A stretch of 64,000 nt of DNA from a virus. The notes below the pieces were generated by a model, which did not search any database, was not told where the DNA came from, and was given only the letters and a program-made list of their open reading frames with translations. This document shows positions 7,867 through 17,090 of the stretch, piece after piece. Each line of letters starts with the position of its first letter. The stretch's first letter is position 1. The stretch covers positions 19,491-83,490 of the IMG/VR virus record IMGVR_UViG_3300048999_000052; one strand, given 5' to 3'. A program made the translations under genes and the position numbers.

Positions 7867-8145
7867 ACAAGTCGGTCCCTCTAACCGCTATCCAGCGGGA
7901 GGGATTGGCCCTCATTGGTTCGACCTAGGCAGTTTCCGAACACCGTTCTCGGCTTCCGCTGGACCCCTGCCTCGTGTCACGGCCTCCAGACCTCGGTGCT
8001 ATTCCCACTCCAGGGTTCTCAACAGGTCCCTGGTCAGCTGTCACACCGACATCTCTGGCTCCACGAGGTGGTCATCTCCCAGCCCCGGCTGCGCCCTAGG
8101 TACACCAATCAGCTACTCGGAGGAGGATGAGACTCTCCGGTAGCT
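7867..8145 (+). ncRNA. putative ~280-nt structured ncRNA (long bulged rod with 5' and 3' hairpins)
   Basis: Seven nested complementary segments 7914-8109, flanking hairpins 7871-7909 and 8111-8145; G-U pairs favour the + strand; no credible ORF. Confidence 0.6.
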
Positions 8146-8390
8146 CAGACCTCCTCGCAGTCGCAGGGAAGTACGAGCCAGCACTTAGGACAAGTCTGGA
8201 TCGACCTTGGAGTGGACTTGTGCCGAGCGTGATGGATCTGACCGTTAGCGCCGAACCGCGCTGTCTGGCCGATCTCGATCAGTTCGTTGCACTTCGAACA
8301 CACACCCTGGTGCAGAGCCTTGAAGCTGGACCGCGGCTTCTTCCGGGGCTCCTGCATGTACAGGACGGGTGATTCCTGAATGATCTTCAT
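8145..8390 (-). CDS. Zn-finger hypothetical protein
   Basis: CSKC...HH and CPKC...CDC; GGAGG RBS. Confidence 0.7.
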   Translation of the reverse strand: MKIIQESPVLYMQEPRKKPRSSFKALHQGVCSKCNELIEIGQTARFGANGQIHHARHKSTPRSIQTCPKCWLVLPCDCEEV

Positions 8391-8560
8391 CTTGACCTCC
8401 ACTGGACAGATCCGCGTCGCTGGGTGGTACGGTACCACTACCTCCTGGACGCGTCGCTGCAACTGGGAATCAGCCCCCCGGGAACTTGGGCGTTGTGGTC
8501 ACACTCGACGAACCCCCCGGGGGGCTTCTTTCTGTCCTGGGCCAGGGTTACGCTCAGGTG

Positions 8561-8923
8561 GTGCAGGTCTACGTCACCACTCACGGCCAACATTTCCACC
8601 AGGACCCGTCCTGTCGGTGGCTCTCCTCCACTTTCACCACTGCACCCGCACACGCCGTTCCTGTCTCTTCAGTTGACGGTCTGGCTCCGTGCCGGACCTG
8701 CTACCCCGACGCGCCCCGGGCCAAGTTCACCAAGCTCCGCTGTAAGCAGTGCAGATCCGTCCGTCCCTGCGCTCACAACGGTGGAGTACTGGTCCTGGTC
8801 CCGGTGCGCTGGCGGAAAGGTACTCACCTCCTTCCAGCCGGCTCGGTAACTTTGCGCCGGGCGTACGTCTGGCCGGACGTGGCCTATCTCTACGATCGGG
8901 TTGAAAAAACAGAACAGGTATGA
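8561..8923 (+). CDS. Zn-binding protein (Ada-metal-binding-like N-terminal motif)
   Basis: VYVTTHGQHFH...C...GLAPCRTC plus CKQC..CAH; probable leaderless GTG 6 nt after TACGCT. Confidence 0.65.
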   Translation: MQVYVTTHGQHFHQDPSCRWLSSTFTTAPAHAVPVSSVDGLAPCRTCYPDAPRAKFTKLRCKQCRSVRPCAHNGGVLVLVPVRWRKGTHLLPAGSVTLRRAYVWPDVAYLYDRVEKTEQV

Positions 8924-8930
8924 GTAGGGT
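8901..8930 (+). promoter_or_regulatory. sigmaA-type promoter TTGAAA-18-TAGGGT for the replication operon
   Basis: Hexamer match upstream of the helicase; contains CAGAACAGGTATG. Confidence 0.6.
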
Positions 8931-8963
8931 GCTCCCACCCCCGCAGAACCGGACGGAGCAGCC

Positions 8964-10229
8964 ATGCCGAACCCCTCTTCAGAAGCACTGATGATCAGTG
9001 CGCTGCTGAAGAACGCAGATGTCCACGGAGCCCAGAAGTACGGAGTGAGCGATCGTCACTTCCGGGGGTTCAGCAACGAGTACCAATGGCTGCAGAGCTA
9101 CCACAAGACCTACGGATCAGCTCCCAGCCTGGATGCCTTCTTCCACCAGTTCCCCGACTTCCCGTTCCGGGACCACTCTGACCTTCGCTACGCCGCCGAC
9201 GAGGTCCTTCGTGACTTCGCCCAGTTCAACTTCCACGAGATGGTGGTCCAGGCCAGCCAGCTGAACGCCAACGGCGACGTCCGCGGCGCCTACGAGGCCC
9301 TGCAGAACTTCCACTACACGCCTACCTCGGCCGTACCCACTTCGATCATCAAGGGTGCGGCCTTTCTTGACGCCCCAGACATCGAGCCAGCGGGTATCGG
9401 CCTGCCCTGGGAGACGCCGCAGTACGACACCGCTGGCATCGGCCCGGGACAGTTCTGGACCCTGGCTGCTCGGCTGAACCAGGGCAAGTCCGCCCTACTG
9501 TGTGCGATCGCGGCCCACGCCGTACTGCAGGGCAAGAAGGTCATCTACTACAGCCTGGAGATGACCGAAGCCGAACTACGGACCCGGATCCACGTCTTGT
9601 TGGCCGCAGCCAGGGGTGAGGACTGGCTGAAGGCCAACGACATCAAGCACCGCCGAGTCGATTTGCCGCGCTACCGCGAATTCGTCAAGAGCCTGGAGAC
9701 CCTGGAGGGCGAAGTCCACGTCCACACCCCCAAAGACGGCCCCGTCAGCCCAGCAGTGATTGCCTCCCGGGCCGAGGACTACGACTTGGCGGTGGTGGAC
9801 TACCTGACCTTGATGCAGACCGACAAGGGCGAGCCAGTCAGCTCCGACTGGCGCACGCTCACCCAGGTGACCAACCGGATCAAGCAGGTCACCTTGGCCA
9901 CCGGTACGCCGGTCCTGGCCGCAGCTCAGATCAACAGAGAAGGAGACCACGGTGACGGCCCGCCGAGCGTGGGCAAGCTGGCCCAGGGGGACAGCATCGG
10001 CCAGGACAGCGACGTAGTGATCACCACCCGGCTGAAGCCGCACGGCATGGCTGCGGTGGCCAGCCTGGAGAAGAATCGACACGGTCCGGCTGGGAAGAAG
10101 TGGTGGATGCAGTTCAGTGTCAACGATGGCACCTTCGACGAGGTGAACGAGGAACGAGCTGACTACCTGCAGATGATCGCCGAGGAGCGGGCTGAGTCCC
10201 GTCCGGGTTTGAGGGTGGTGCGTGACTGA
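8964..10229 (+). CDS. DnaB-like replicative helicase
   Basis: Walker A ARLNQGKS, YSLEM, VVDYLTLM, AAQINR, SIGQDSD, KNRHG. Confidence 0.93.
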   Translation: MPNPSSEALMISALLKNADVHGAQKYGVSDRHFRGFSNEYQWLQSYHKTYGSAPSLDAFFHQFPDFPFRDHSDLRYAADEVLRDFAQFNFHEMVVQASQLNANGDVRGAYEALQNFHYTPTSAVPTSIIKGAAFLDAPDIEPAGIGLPWETPQYDTAGIGPGQFWTLAARLNQGKSALLCAIAAHAVLQGKKVIYYSLEMTEAELRTRIHVLLAAARGEDWLKANDIKHRRVDLPRYREFVKSLETLEGEVHVHTPKDGPVSPAVIASRAEDYDLAVVDYLTLMQTDKGEPVSSDWRTLTQVTNRIKQVTLATGTPVLAAAQINREGDHGDGPPSVGKLAQGDSIGQDSDVVITTRLKPHGMAAVASLEKNRHGPAGKKWWMQFSVNDGTFDEVNEERADYLQMIAEERAESRPGLRVVRD

Positions 10230-10345
10230 TGACAATCGAGTTCAGCGAGGACGAGGTAAAAGACATCCAGGACGCAGCAGAGGAGCGCGGGATCGACGTG
10301 GAAAAGCTGATCATCGCCGCGGTACTCAATGACCTCGCTCGCTGA
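10229..10345 (+). CDS. 38-aa ribbon-helix-helix-like protein
   Basis: MTIEFSEDEVKDIQDAAEERGIDVEKLIIAAV; TGATG coupling (not in the ORF track). Confidence 0.55.
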   Translation: MTIEFSEDEVKDIQDAAEERGIDVEKLIIAAVLNDLAR

Positions 10346-11252
10346 GGCCCTGCAGGGACCAGGTGGGGTAGAACGCTCGTTTCACTGCCCAGTCCACGAC
10401 GACTCCCACCCGTCTGCTTCGGTGAACATCGTCAGCGGCCTGTGGATCTGCTACTCGTGTGGCGCCAAGGGCAAGGCCGGCGACGGCTACAGCGTCGATC
10501 CGGACGCGCTGGTCAGCTATCTCAAGGACAAGGCCCGGTTGAAAGAGACCAAGTACTTCCCGGAGTCCTGGTTGAACCTGTATGGAGGTGATTGTGAGTA
10601 CTGGCGGCAGCGATTCAGCCAGCAGGCCTGCGAGCACTTCCAGCTCGGCTACGACGCCGAGACCGACTCAGCCACCTACCCAGTACGGGACGCTGGCGGA
10701 TATCTACTGGGGGTTGTACGCCGACCACTATCGCCGGACTGGGACGGCGGAAAGTACATCTACCCCCGCCACGTCGACGTCACCAGATATCTGTTCAACT
10801 ACAGCCACCAAGAAGCCCGGCGGCGTGTTCTCCTGGTGGAGGGAGCTGCTGATGCCATAGCCGCCTGGGAGGCTGGCTACGAGGCCTACGCCATCTACGG
10901 TTCCCGGTTGTCCGAGGAGCAGGTCCGGCTGTTACACCGGGTAGGTGCGGTGGAGATCTGGACCGCGTTCGACAACGACGAGGCTGGCCAGCGGGCTCAC
11001 AACCGGGTGTTGGAGCTGTGCGCGGGCTGGGACGTCCACCAGGTGGAGTACGGCAGCTGGAAGGACCTGGCTGAGATCAGCATCACAACTCGATCAGAAG
11101 TGCTCAGCCAGCTTGGGAAACCAGATCATGGAAGGGTAGAGTCCACTACATGCGAATCAAGGCAGCAAACACTTCTGGTGGAGAACGCCGTGCCCTCGTC
11201 CAGCGGTACGTCGAAGCCCGGCAGGCTGCGGATCTCGCGAACGAGGAAGTGA
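10329..11252 (+). CDS. DNA primase (CHC2 zinc finger plus TOPRIM)
   Basis: CPVHDD...PS...WICYSC, KY, LVEG..D, AFDNDEAG, KD. Confidence 0.93.
   Translation: MTSLAEALQGPGGVERSFHCPVHDDSHPSASVNIVSGLWICYSCGAKGKAGDGYSVDPDALVSYLKDKARLKETKYFPESWLNLYGGDCEYWRQRFSQQACEHFQLGYDAETDSATYPVRDAGGYLLGVVRRPLSPDWDGGKYIYPRHVDVTRYLFNYSHQEARRRVLLVEGAADAIAAWEAGYEAYAIYGSRLSEEQVRLLHRVGAVEIWTAFDNDEAGQRAHNRVLELCAGWDVHQVEYGSWKDLAEISITTRSEVLSQLGKPDHGRVESTTCESRQQTLLVENAVPSSSGTSKPGRLRISRTRK
11113..11142 (+). promoter_or_regulatory. internal promoter TTGGGA-18-TAGAGT, probably leaderless for 11150
   Basis: -10 lies 7 nt before the ATG; same GGGTAGAGT as at 17739. Confidence 0.55.
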
Positions 11253-11578
11253 AGAAGGCCGAGGCCACCCTGATCGCCGTGCTGGAGGCCCAGGAGTTGA
11301 AGTCCACCAGCGCGGAAATCGGGGATGTAAGGTACACCTCGACGGTAACTTCGAGAACTCAGACGACTTTCGATGAACTTGGACTGAAGAAGGCCCTGGG
11401 CGCCAGGAGCTTCAACAAGCTGACGATCAGCAAACTGGATAAGACCAAGCTAGAGACCGCGATCAACGAAGGCACCCTAGATCCAGCAGTAGTCGCGCAG
11501 TACACCACGATCACTCCGGGGGCGGCGAGCCTTCGACTGACCAAGAAGGCAGCAGATGCCGAAGCTGACGAAGCGTAA
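11150..11578 (+). CDS. hypothetical protein (coiled coil plus alpha/beta)
   Basis: Good codon usage; overlaps the primase tail by 103 nt. Confidence 0.75.
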   Translation: MRIKAANTSGGERRALVQRYVEARQAADLANEEVKKAEATLIAVLEAQELKSTSAEIGDVRYTSTVTSRTQTTFDELGLKKALGARSFNKLTISKLDKTKLETAINEGTLDPAVVAQYTTITPGAASLRLTKKAADAEADEA

Positions 11579-11894
11579 GCCCGGGGAATCACTCCCGAGC
11601 AACAACACCAAGGCCTCCCCGGCCGAGACCTACGTACGCGGCCTCAAGGGCGAGTACTACCTACTCGGTGAAGTGGCGGAGATCGTTGGCGTTGCGAAGA
11701 ACACGCTCCGGCGGCTGATCAAGACCGACAACGTGAAGGCTCCGTCTCACACGGCGAACCTGGGGAAGATGAGCTTCTACGTCTTCACCGCCAAGGACGT
11801 CGAGGAGATTCGGGACTACTACCAGGGCAAGTACTCAGACTTCAAGAAGACCCACAAGCTCCCGCCAGGCAGACCACGAGGCCAGAAGAAGTGA
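11556..11894 (+). CDS. MerR/excisionase-like HTH DNA-binding protein
   Basis: YLLGEVAEIVGVAKNTLRRL...VFTAKDVEEIR; C-terminal PGRPRG AT-hook. Confidence 0.8.
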   Translation: MPKLTKRKPGESLPSNNTKASPAETYVRGLKGEYYLLGEVAEIVGVAKNTLRRLIKTDNVKAPSHTANLGKMSFYVFTAKDVEEIRDYYQGKYSDFKKTHKLPPGRPRGQKK

Positions 11895-12163
11895 AGCTCC
11901 AGCGCGTAAATCAGGTAGAACCAGAGCTGTTCCGAGAAGGCGACAAGGTCACGGCCACAGTTACCCACAACATCAAGATCAACGGCGATGACTCCTGGGT
12001 GAAGTACGAGATCACCTCAACTCAGGGACCTGAAGAGACCATAGATGACGTAGATACCAGAGTGATTCAGCACGCCACGAGAACCGTAGTGAATTTGGCC
12101 TACTCGGCCGCACAGAGAGTTCTAGAAGCCGCTAAGGGAGAACAAGATGCAGTTCGGGACTAG
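11891..12163 (+). CDS. hypothetical protein (90 aa)
   Basis: GTGA overlap; operon context. Confidence 0.7.
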   Translation: MKLQRVNQVEPELFREGDKVTATVTHNIKINGDDSWVKYEITSTQGPEETIDDVDTRVIQHATRTVVNLAYSAAQRVLEAAKGEQDAVRD

Positions 12164-12911
12164 GGCAGCAGACGCCCCGAAGCTCGGCAACACCCCAGGT
12201 GAGGGCGACGCGGGATTCATGCGCACGCTCAAGCCGGGGGAGTACCGGATGCGGTTCCTGCAGGAAACCGACGATTGGCAGCAGTACTGGGAGCACTACA
12301 ACCCGACGCCGGGTGGCTTCCCGTTCCCCTGTACTGGTGACCGGCAGACCTGCCCAGGCTGCACCTCGGGGATCGAGAAGATGGAGAAGGCCTCACCCAA
12401 GTACGCCGTGAACGCCAAGGTCGGCAACTACGTGAACGTCTATAAGTTCCCGGTGAAGTTCTACAACAAGATGGTGATCCGCTCCGAGCGCAACGGCGGT
12501 ACGGTCACCGACCGCGACTACCTGGTCACCCGGATCGGCAACGACACGTCCACGGATTACGACATCGAGATGATGATGCCTGCCCCGCTGGACAAGACCT
12601 ACGAGATCAATGACATCGAGAAGCTGCTGGCGAAGGCCTTCGGAGAAGCTTGGCCAGAGTTCGATCCGAGTATCAATCAGGACCAGCCTGCTCCGAGCGT
12701 TGACCGCCGCGAGGGTCTGAACGAGTTCGCTGAACCAGAAGCCAAGCAGGCGCCGAAGGAAGAGAAGGAAGTCACCGAAGCCGAACTCCGGGCGATGAGT
12801 GGCGACCAGCTCCGCGCGCTGTGTGACGAAGAGGGCATCAAGTACCCAGAAGACCTGCGCTACGTAGAAGACAGCGAGAAGTTCGTCGATTGGATGCTGA
12901 AGAACCTCTGA
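12147..12911 (+). CDS. T4 gp32-like single-stranded DNA-binding protein
   Basis: MRFL...WEHY...FPC....CPGC Zn site, DY.VTR.G...T.Y; directly upstream of the polymerase. Confidence 0.75.
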   Translation: MQFGTRAADAPKLGNTPGEGDAGFMRTLKPGEYRMRFLQETDDWQQYWEHYNPTPGGFPFPCTGDRQTCPGCTSGIEKMEKASPKYAVNAKVGNYVNVYKFPVKFYNKMVIRSERNGGTVTDRDYLVTRIGNDTSTDYDIEMMMPAPLDKTYEINDIEKLLAKAFGEAWPEFDPSINQDQPAPSVDRREGLNEFAEPEAKQAPKEEKEVTEAELRAMSGDQLRALCDEEGIKYPEDLRYVEDSEKFVDWMLKNL

Positions 12912-12968
12912 TGACCCACAAGGTCTAACGGACCGCGGGGGACCGCCCTCCCCCGCACTTGGAGCGAC

Positions 12969-15671
12969 ATGAGAATCGTTCGGCAGCGCAAGCTGGTGAT
13001 CAAACGGGCACCGCGCTTTTGGAGCGCACACACTCACTCCACCTTCTCTGCTCAGGATGCTCTGCCCTCGGTACGCGAGATCGTCAACCGGGTCGCTGAG
13101 CTAGGCCAGCCGGCTCTTGGTCTGACCGACCACGGCAACATGGGCGGTTCGGTCCAGCTCTACCAAGCCTGCAAGAAAGCAGGCATCCTGCCCTTCCCCG
13201 GCAGTGAGCTCTATCTGGTCAAGAACATCAACAAGACCAAGTACGCCAAGGGCCGTAAGGCTGACGGTGCCGGTCGCTACCACATGGGCGTGCTGGCCTA
13301 CACGACCAAGGGCTACGAGAACTTGGTCAACCTGTCCACCCTGAGCCACAGCCAGTTCTACTTCAAGCCGCTGGTGGACCTGGAAAGCTTCGCCCGGCTG
13401 CACCAAGACGGCCGGACCGAAGGCTTGGCCATCACCACCGGCTGTTACTTCGGCCTGATCGTGCAGTCGCTGATCACCCGCGGCGAGAAGACCGTCAAGC
13501 AGTACCTGAAAGCGCTGGACACCTGGTTCCCCAACTCGGTGTTCGTGGAGATCCAGAACCACAACATCGACCACGGGGATGGTTGGAATGACGACAAGGT
13601 CGCTGATGCGCTTGTCCAGATCGCTGATGAGCTCGGCCTACCCGTGGTCTGTACTCAAGATTCTCACTACACCTTGGAAGGTGATCGAGCAGACCATGAG
13701 GCCCTCAAGCGACTCGTCTCGTTCGGACCAGATCCCGACGATGCCGTCTTTCCCGGAGACGGATTCCACCTCGCTGATGATGCGTGGCTTGATCAACACC
13801 ATGCTCCAGCGCGTCTGGAACGGGGACTCGAAGGCTTGGCTGAACTACTTGGACGTCACGATCTGTCCATCCCGGTACTCGACTCTTACCAGTACGCAGT
13901 CCCTCTCGCCCTCACCGATCCACAGGCCCTTCTTGTTTCCAAGTGTGAAGCTGAGCTGCGTCGACGGGGTCTGGATAAGCCAGCCTACCGACAGCGCCTC
14001 GCCGCAGAGCTTGAAGTTGTTGGGGCAGCCGGGATGGCGGGCTATCTAATCCTTTGTCAAGAAGTAACGGAGTACATGCGGAATGAGAAAATTCTGTTCA
14101 ACGCTCGCGGTAGTGCTGCTGGCTCTTTGTGCTGCCACCTCCTGCGGATCACCGGACCAGACCCCGTCAAGTGGAACCTGCGGTTCGAGCGCTTCCTGAG
14201 CAAGGACCGGACCAAGCCACCCGACATCGATCTGGACATCGAGCACGAGCGTCGTGGTGACGTGATGGCCTGGATGCGGTCCAAGTGGAGCGTCCAGCAG
14301 ATTGCCACCTGGGCGAAGCTGTCGCTGACTGGAGAAGAGGGCGAGAACAAGGGCAGCCTGCTGGTCAAGTACTTCGCGGCCACCAACAAGAAGGTCGAGA
14401 CTGATGACGACAAGGTCCACGCGTGGAGTGAGGTGCCACGCGAAGATCAGCTGCTGCTCAGACGCTTGAGTGAGCGGGAGACGTACTCCGGCAACGGCAA
14501 GAATGCCGCGGGTGTGGTGGTGACTGCCACCAAGGCCCAGATCGACAAGATGGTGCCGATGCTGTGGATCGCGTCCTCGGAGAGCTTCCTGACCCAGTAC
14601 CCCAAGGACGACATCGAGGCGTTGGGCTACGTGAAGCTGGACGTGATGGGCGTGAAGATGCTCAGCGTGATCCGCCGAACGCTGGAGCTGCTGGGCAAGG
14701 AGGATCTGGAGTGGATTCCACTGACGGACGGGCCAACGTACTCTGCCATCCGCTCGGGGAAGACGGAGGGTGTATTTCAACTGTCTGGATGGAGTGCCCA
14801 ACAGGGGTGCCGCGAACTCAAGCCCTCCAAGATCAGCGATGTCATCGCTGCGATGGCGTTGTTCAGGCCGGCGACGCAGTCATCGGGGGCGACGAGCTCA
14901 TACGTTGCTCGAAAGAACGGGACCGAAGCTGTCCCTTCCCGGCACGACGTCATCATGAAGGCGACCACATCTACGTACGGCATCATGCTGTACCAGGAGC
15001 AGGTGATCGCGATCCTGCGCGAGCTGGGAATGGGCGCCGACGACCTGACCAAGTTCCTGAAGGCGGTGAAAGCCTCCAACAAAGACATCGGGGACGCCGG
15101 GAAGGTGATCGAGGGCTACCAGTCGATGATCGCTACCTTGGCGCGCAACCAGGGTATGACCGACCAAGACTTGTCCTGGCTCAGTACGGCGATCGACGGT
15201 TTCTCACAGTACGGATTCAACTCAGCCCACGCGACTACCTACGGCTTGATGGCCTACCAGACGGCCTACTTGATGGTGAAGCATCCGATCGAGTTCCACA
15301 CTGCGCTACTTGCAGTTGCGGCGGGCGACGAAAAGAAGGAGTCCAAGTATCTGACCGCAGCCCGATCCCGGGGAGTGAAGATCCTCCCACCGGACGTGAC
15401 GATCTCGGGTCTGACCTACACGATGGACCGGCGCCGGATGGCAGTCCGTAAGGGCTTGCTGGCGATCAAGGGCGTTGGGGCCTCGACCGCAGTAGAGATT
15501 GCTAACTGCCAACCATTCGCTAACTTCCAGGACTTCCTGGATCGAGTTGACCACCGCAAGGTGACGGGGGTCAAAGATGTACGGCTGGGCAAGAAGCCAG
15601 TCGATCAGGCAATCGGAGCACTGAAGGCGTTGTATGAGATCGGTGCTCTCAACTCCCTTTTGGAGATGTGA
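12969..15671 (+). CDS. dnaE: DNA polymerase III alpha subunit (DnaE-like, C-terminally short)
   Basis: PHP motifs HTHS, TDHG, DSHY; RGSAAGS, FERFL, PPDIDLD, KLD, YQEQV, GFNSAHA, HhH GLLAIKGVG. Confidence 0.96.
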   Translation: MRIVRQRKLVIKRAPRFWSAHTHSTFSAQDALPSVREIVNRVAELGQPALGLTDHGNMGGSVQLYQACKKAGILPFPGSELYLVKNINKTKYAKGRKADGAGRYHMGVLAYTTKGYENLVNLSTLSHSQFYFKPLVDLESFARLHQDGRTEGLAITTGCYFGLIVQSLITRGEKTVKQYLKALDTWFPNSVFVEIQNHNIDHGDGWNDDKVADALVQIADELGLPVVCTQDSHYTLEGDRADHEALKRLVSFGPDPDDAVFPGDGFHLADDAWLDQHHAPARLERGLEGLAELLGRHDLSIPVLDSYQYAVPLALTDPQALLVSKCEAELRRRGLDKPAYRQRLAAELEVVGAAGMAGYLILCQEVTEYMRNEKILFNARGSAAGSLCCHLLRITGPDPVKWNLRFERFLSKDRTKPPDIDLDIEHERRGDVMAWMRSKWSVQQIATWAKLSLTGEEGENKGSLLVKYFAATNKKVETDDDKVHAWSEVPREDQLLLRRLSERETYSGNGKNAAGVVVTATKAQIDKMVPMLWIASSESFLTQYPKDDIEALGYVKLDVMGVKMLSVIRRTLELLGKEDLEWIPLTDGPTYSAIRSGKTEGVFQLSGWSAQQGCRELKPSKISDVIAAMALFRPATQSSGATSSYVARKNGTEAVPSRHDVIMKATTSTYGIMLYQEQVIAILRELGMGADDLTKFLKAVKASNKDIGDAGKVIEGYQSMIATLARNQGMTDQDLSWLSTAIDGFSQYGFNSAHATTYGLMAYQTAYLMVKHPIEFHTALLAVAAGDEKKESKYLTAARSRGVKILPPDVTISGLTYTMDRRRMAVRKGLLAIKGVGASTAVEIANCQPFANFQDFLDRVDHRKVTGVKDVRLGKKPVDQAIGALKALYEIGALNSLLEM

Positions 15672-16495
15672 TGGTAGACGTAAAACTGGAGTCCATCACT
15701 CCGGAGCTGGCAGCCGAATGGCTGGAGAAGAACCTCAGGAACCGCAACCTGCGCGACTCAGCGGTAGCGCAGTACGCCCGGGACATGGTCAACGGTCAGT
15801 GGCTACTGACTGGCGAAGCGATCAAGTTCGCCGAGGACGGCACGCTGCTGGACGGCCAGCACCGACTGGCCGCGATTGAGAAGTCCGGCCTGACCGTAGA
15901 CATGTTCGTGGTCCGCGGGCTGGAGAACGAGTCGCAGAAGGTGATGGACACCAACATCCGCCGCGGCGTGGGCGACATGCTCAAGCTGGCTGGTTACGCC
16001 AACCACATGGCATTGGCCTCGGCAGCTCGGTTGGCGATGACGTACCAGACCAACGTGCCCAACACCCGGCGTAAGTCGATCGCCAAGATGGGTCCGACCC
16101 ACCTGGAGGTCAGCGACTTCATCGAGAAGAATCCCGACCTGGTGGACGCCGTCCAGGACTCGATGAAGTACCGGCTCAAGATCGACATCAACCCCTCGGT
16201 GCTGGCGGTGACGTACTGGGAGCTGATGAAGCTGGACGCGGAAATGGCTGAGAACTTCTTCGAGTCGATCGCCAACAACACCACCAACGGCATCGGTGAC
16301 CCGCGCAACGCCCTGATCCAGCGGCTGTCGAGTGCTCGCCGGGCCAGTGAGCAGATCCCCCAGAACGCCTACTTGTCGATGATGTTCCGGGTCTGGAACG
16401 CCTGGGTGAAGGGCGACGAGATGTACCGGGTGCAGGTATCCAACAACCGCGACGGTGGTCTGATCGCGATCCCGGATCCGATCCAGCCGTCATGA
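15668..16495 (+). CDS. ParB-like N-terminal domain protein
   Basis: ITPELA..WL..N..NR...QYARDM..G.W...LLDGQHRL.AI. Confidence 0.8.
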   Translation: MMVDVKLESITPELAAEWLEKNLRNRNLRDSAVAQYARDMVNGQWLLTGEAIKFAEDGTLLDGQHRLAAIEKSGLTVDMFVVRGLENESQKVMDTNIRRGVGDMLKLAGYANHMALASAARLAMTYQTNVPNTRRKSIAKMGPTHLEVSDFIEKNPDLVDAVQDSMKYRLKIDINPSVLAVTYWELMKLDAEMAENFFESIANNTTNGIGDPRNALIQRLSSARRASEQIPQNAYLSMMFRVWNAWVKGDEMYRVQVSNNRDGGLIAIPDPIQPS

Positions 16496-16851
16496 AGCGC
16501 ATCGTGCCCACCCCTCGTGACCTGGTGGTGGACAGGTCCGGGGGGCGGTGCGAGGCAATGACCACGGTCAGTGGCCTGGACGTGTGGACCAGGTGCTTTC
16601 GCAGCCCGATCGAGGTGCACCACCGGCTCACCAGAGCCCGGGGTGGGGATCTGCTGGACGAGCTGGGTGAGACCTACCACCTGATCGCATTGTGTCCCCA
16701 GCACCACCGAGAGGATGCTGATGGTGGGTTGGCCTACGAGTCCGGATTGCTGCTGGACGGTCGGATGTACAAGTCCGGTGGGCTGTACTGGTACGAGGGC
16801 TCGGATGACTACCTCAAGGACAACTACGAGCAGGGTGTGAGGTTGGGCTGA
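16492..16851 (+). CDS. HNH endonuclease-like protein
   Basis: GRCEA...C...EVHHR..RARGG...LIALCPQHH. Confidence 0.75.
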   Translation: MKRIVPTPRDLVVDRSGGRCEAMTTVSGLDVWTRCFRSPIEVHHRLTRARGGDLLDELGETYHLIALCPQHHREDADGGLAYESGLLLDGRMYKSGGLYWYEGSDDYLKDNYEQGVRLG

Positions 16852-17090
16852 TGGCAGAGGAGATGCAGTACTACGAGGACAGCGATCAGCAACAGCTAGC
16901 CGATGCCCTAGCCAAACTGCGAACTGACGAGGCCTACGTGTTGGTAGCGCCGGCTGAGTACAAGCGGCTGTTGGAGTCCGAAGCCAAGTTCGAGCGGCTG
17001 GCTGCATTTGTGGTGGATCACCCCTGGCCCGAAGTACGCGACGCCTGGGAAGAGTGGGTAGAAGTGGAGAACCTTCGTGAAGATGGATGA
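16851..17090 (+). CDS. hypothetical protein
   Basis: TGATG coupling; codon usage. Confidence 0.65.
   Translation: MAEEMQYYEDSDQQQLADALAKLRTDEAYVLVAPAEYKRLLESEAKFERLAAFVVDHPWPEVRDAWEEWVEVENLREDG

Noticed and set aside
7679-8145. tRNA, tmRNA or known riboswitch in the structured intergenic region
   Set aside because: No cloverleaf with T-loop plus acceptor/CCA and no recognisable riboswitch consensus; the short ORFs 7915-8130 and 8127-8372 lack coding features
15668-16495. ParABS plasmid-prophage partitioning / temperate lifestyle
   Set aside because: ParB-like domain only; no ParA, parS repeat array, integrase or clear repressor in the window. Lifestyle cannot be settled from this window
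12969-16851. Intein or intron in DnaE/helicase, or HNH as an intron-encoded homing nuclease
   Set aside because: Conserved motifs are contiguous, with no splice-junction motifs; the HNH gene is free-standing and translationally coupled
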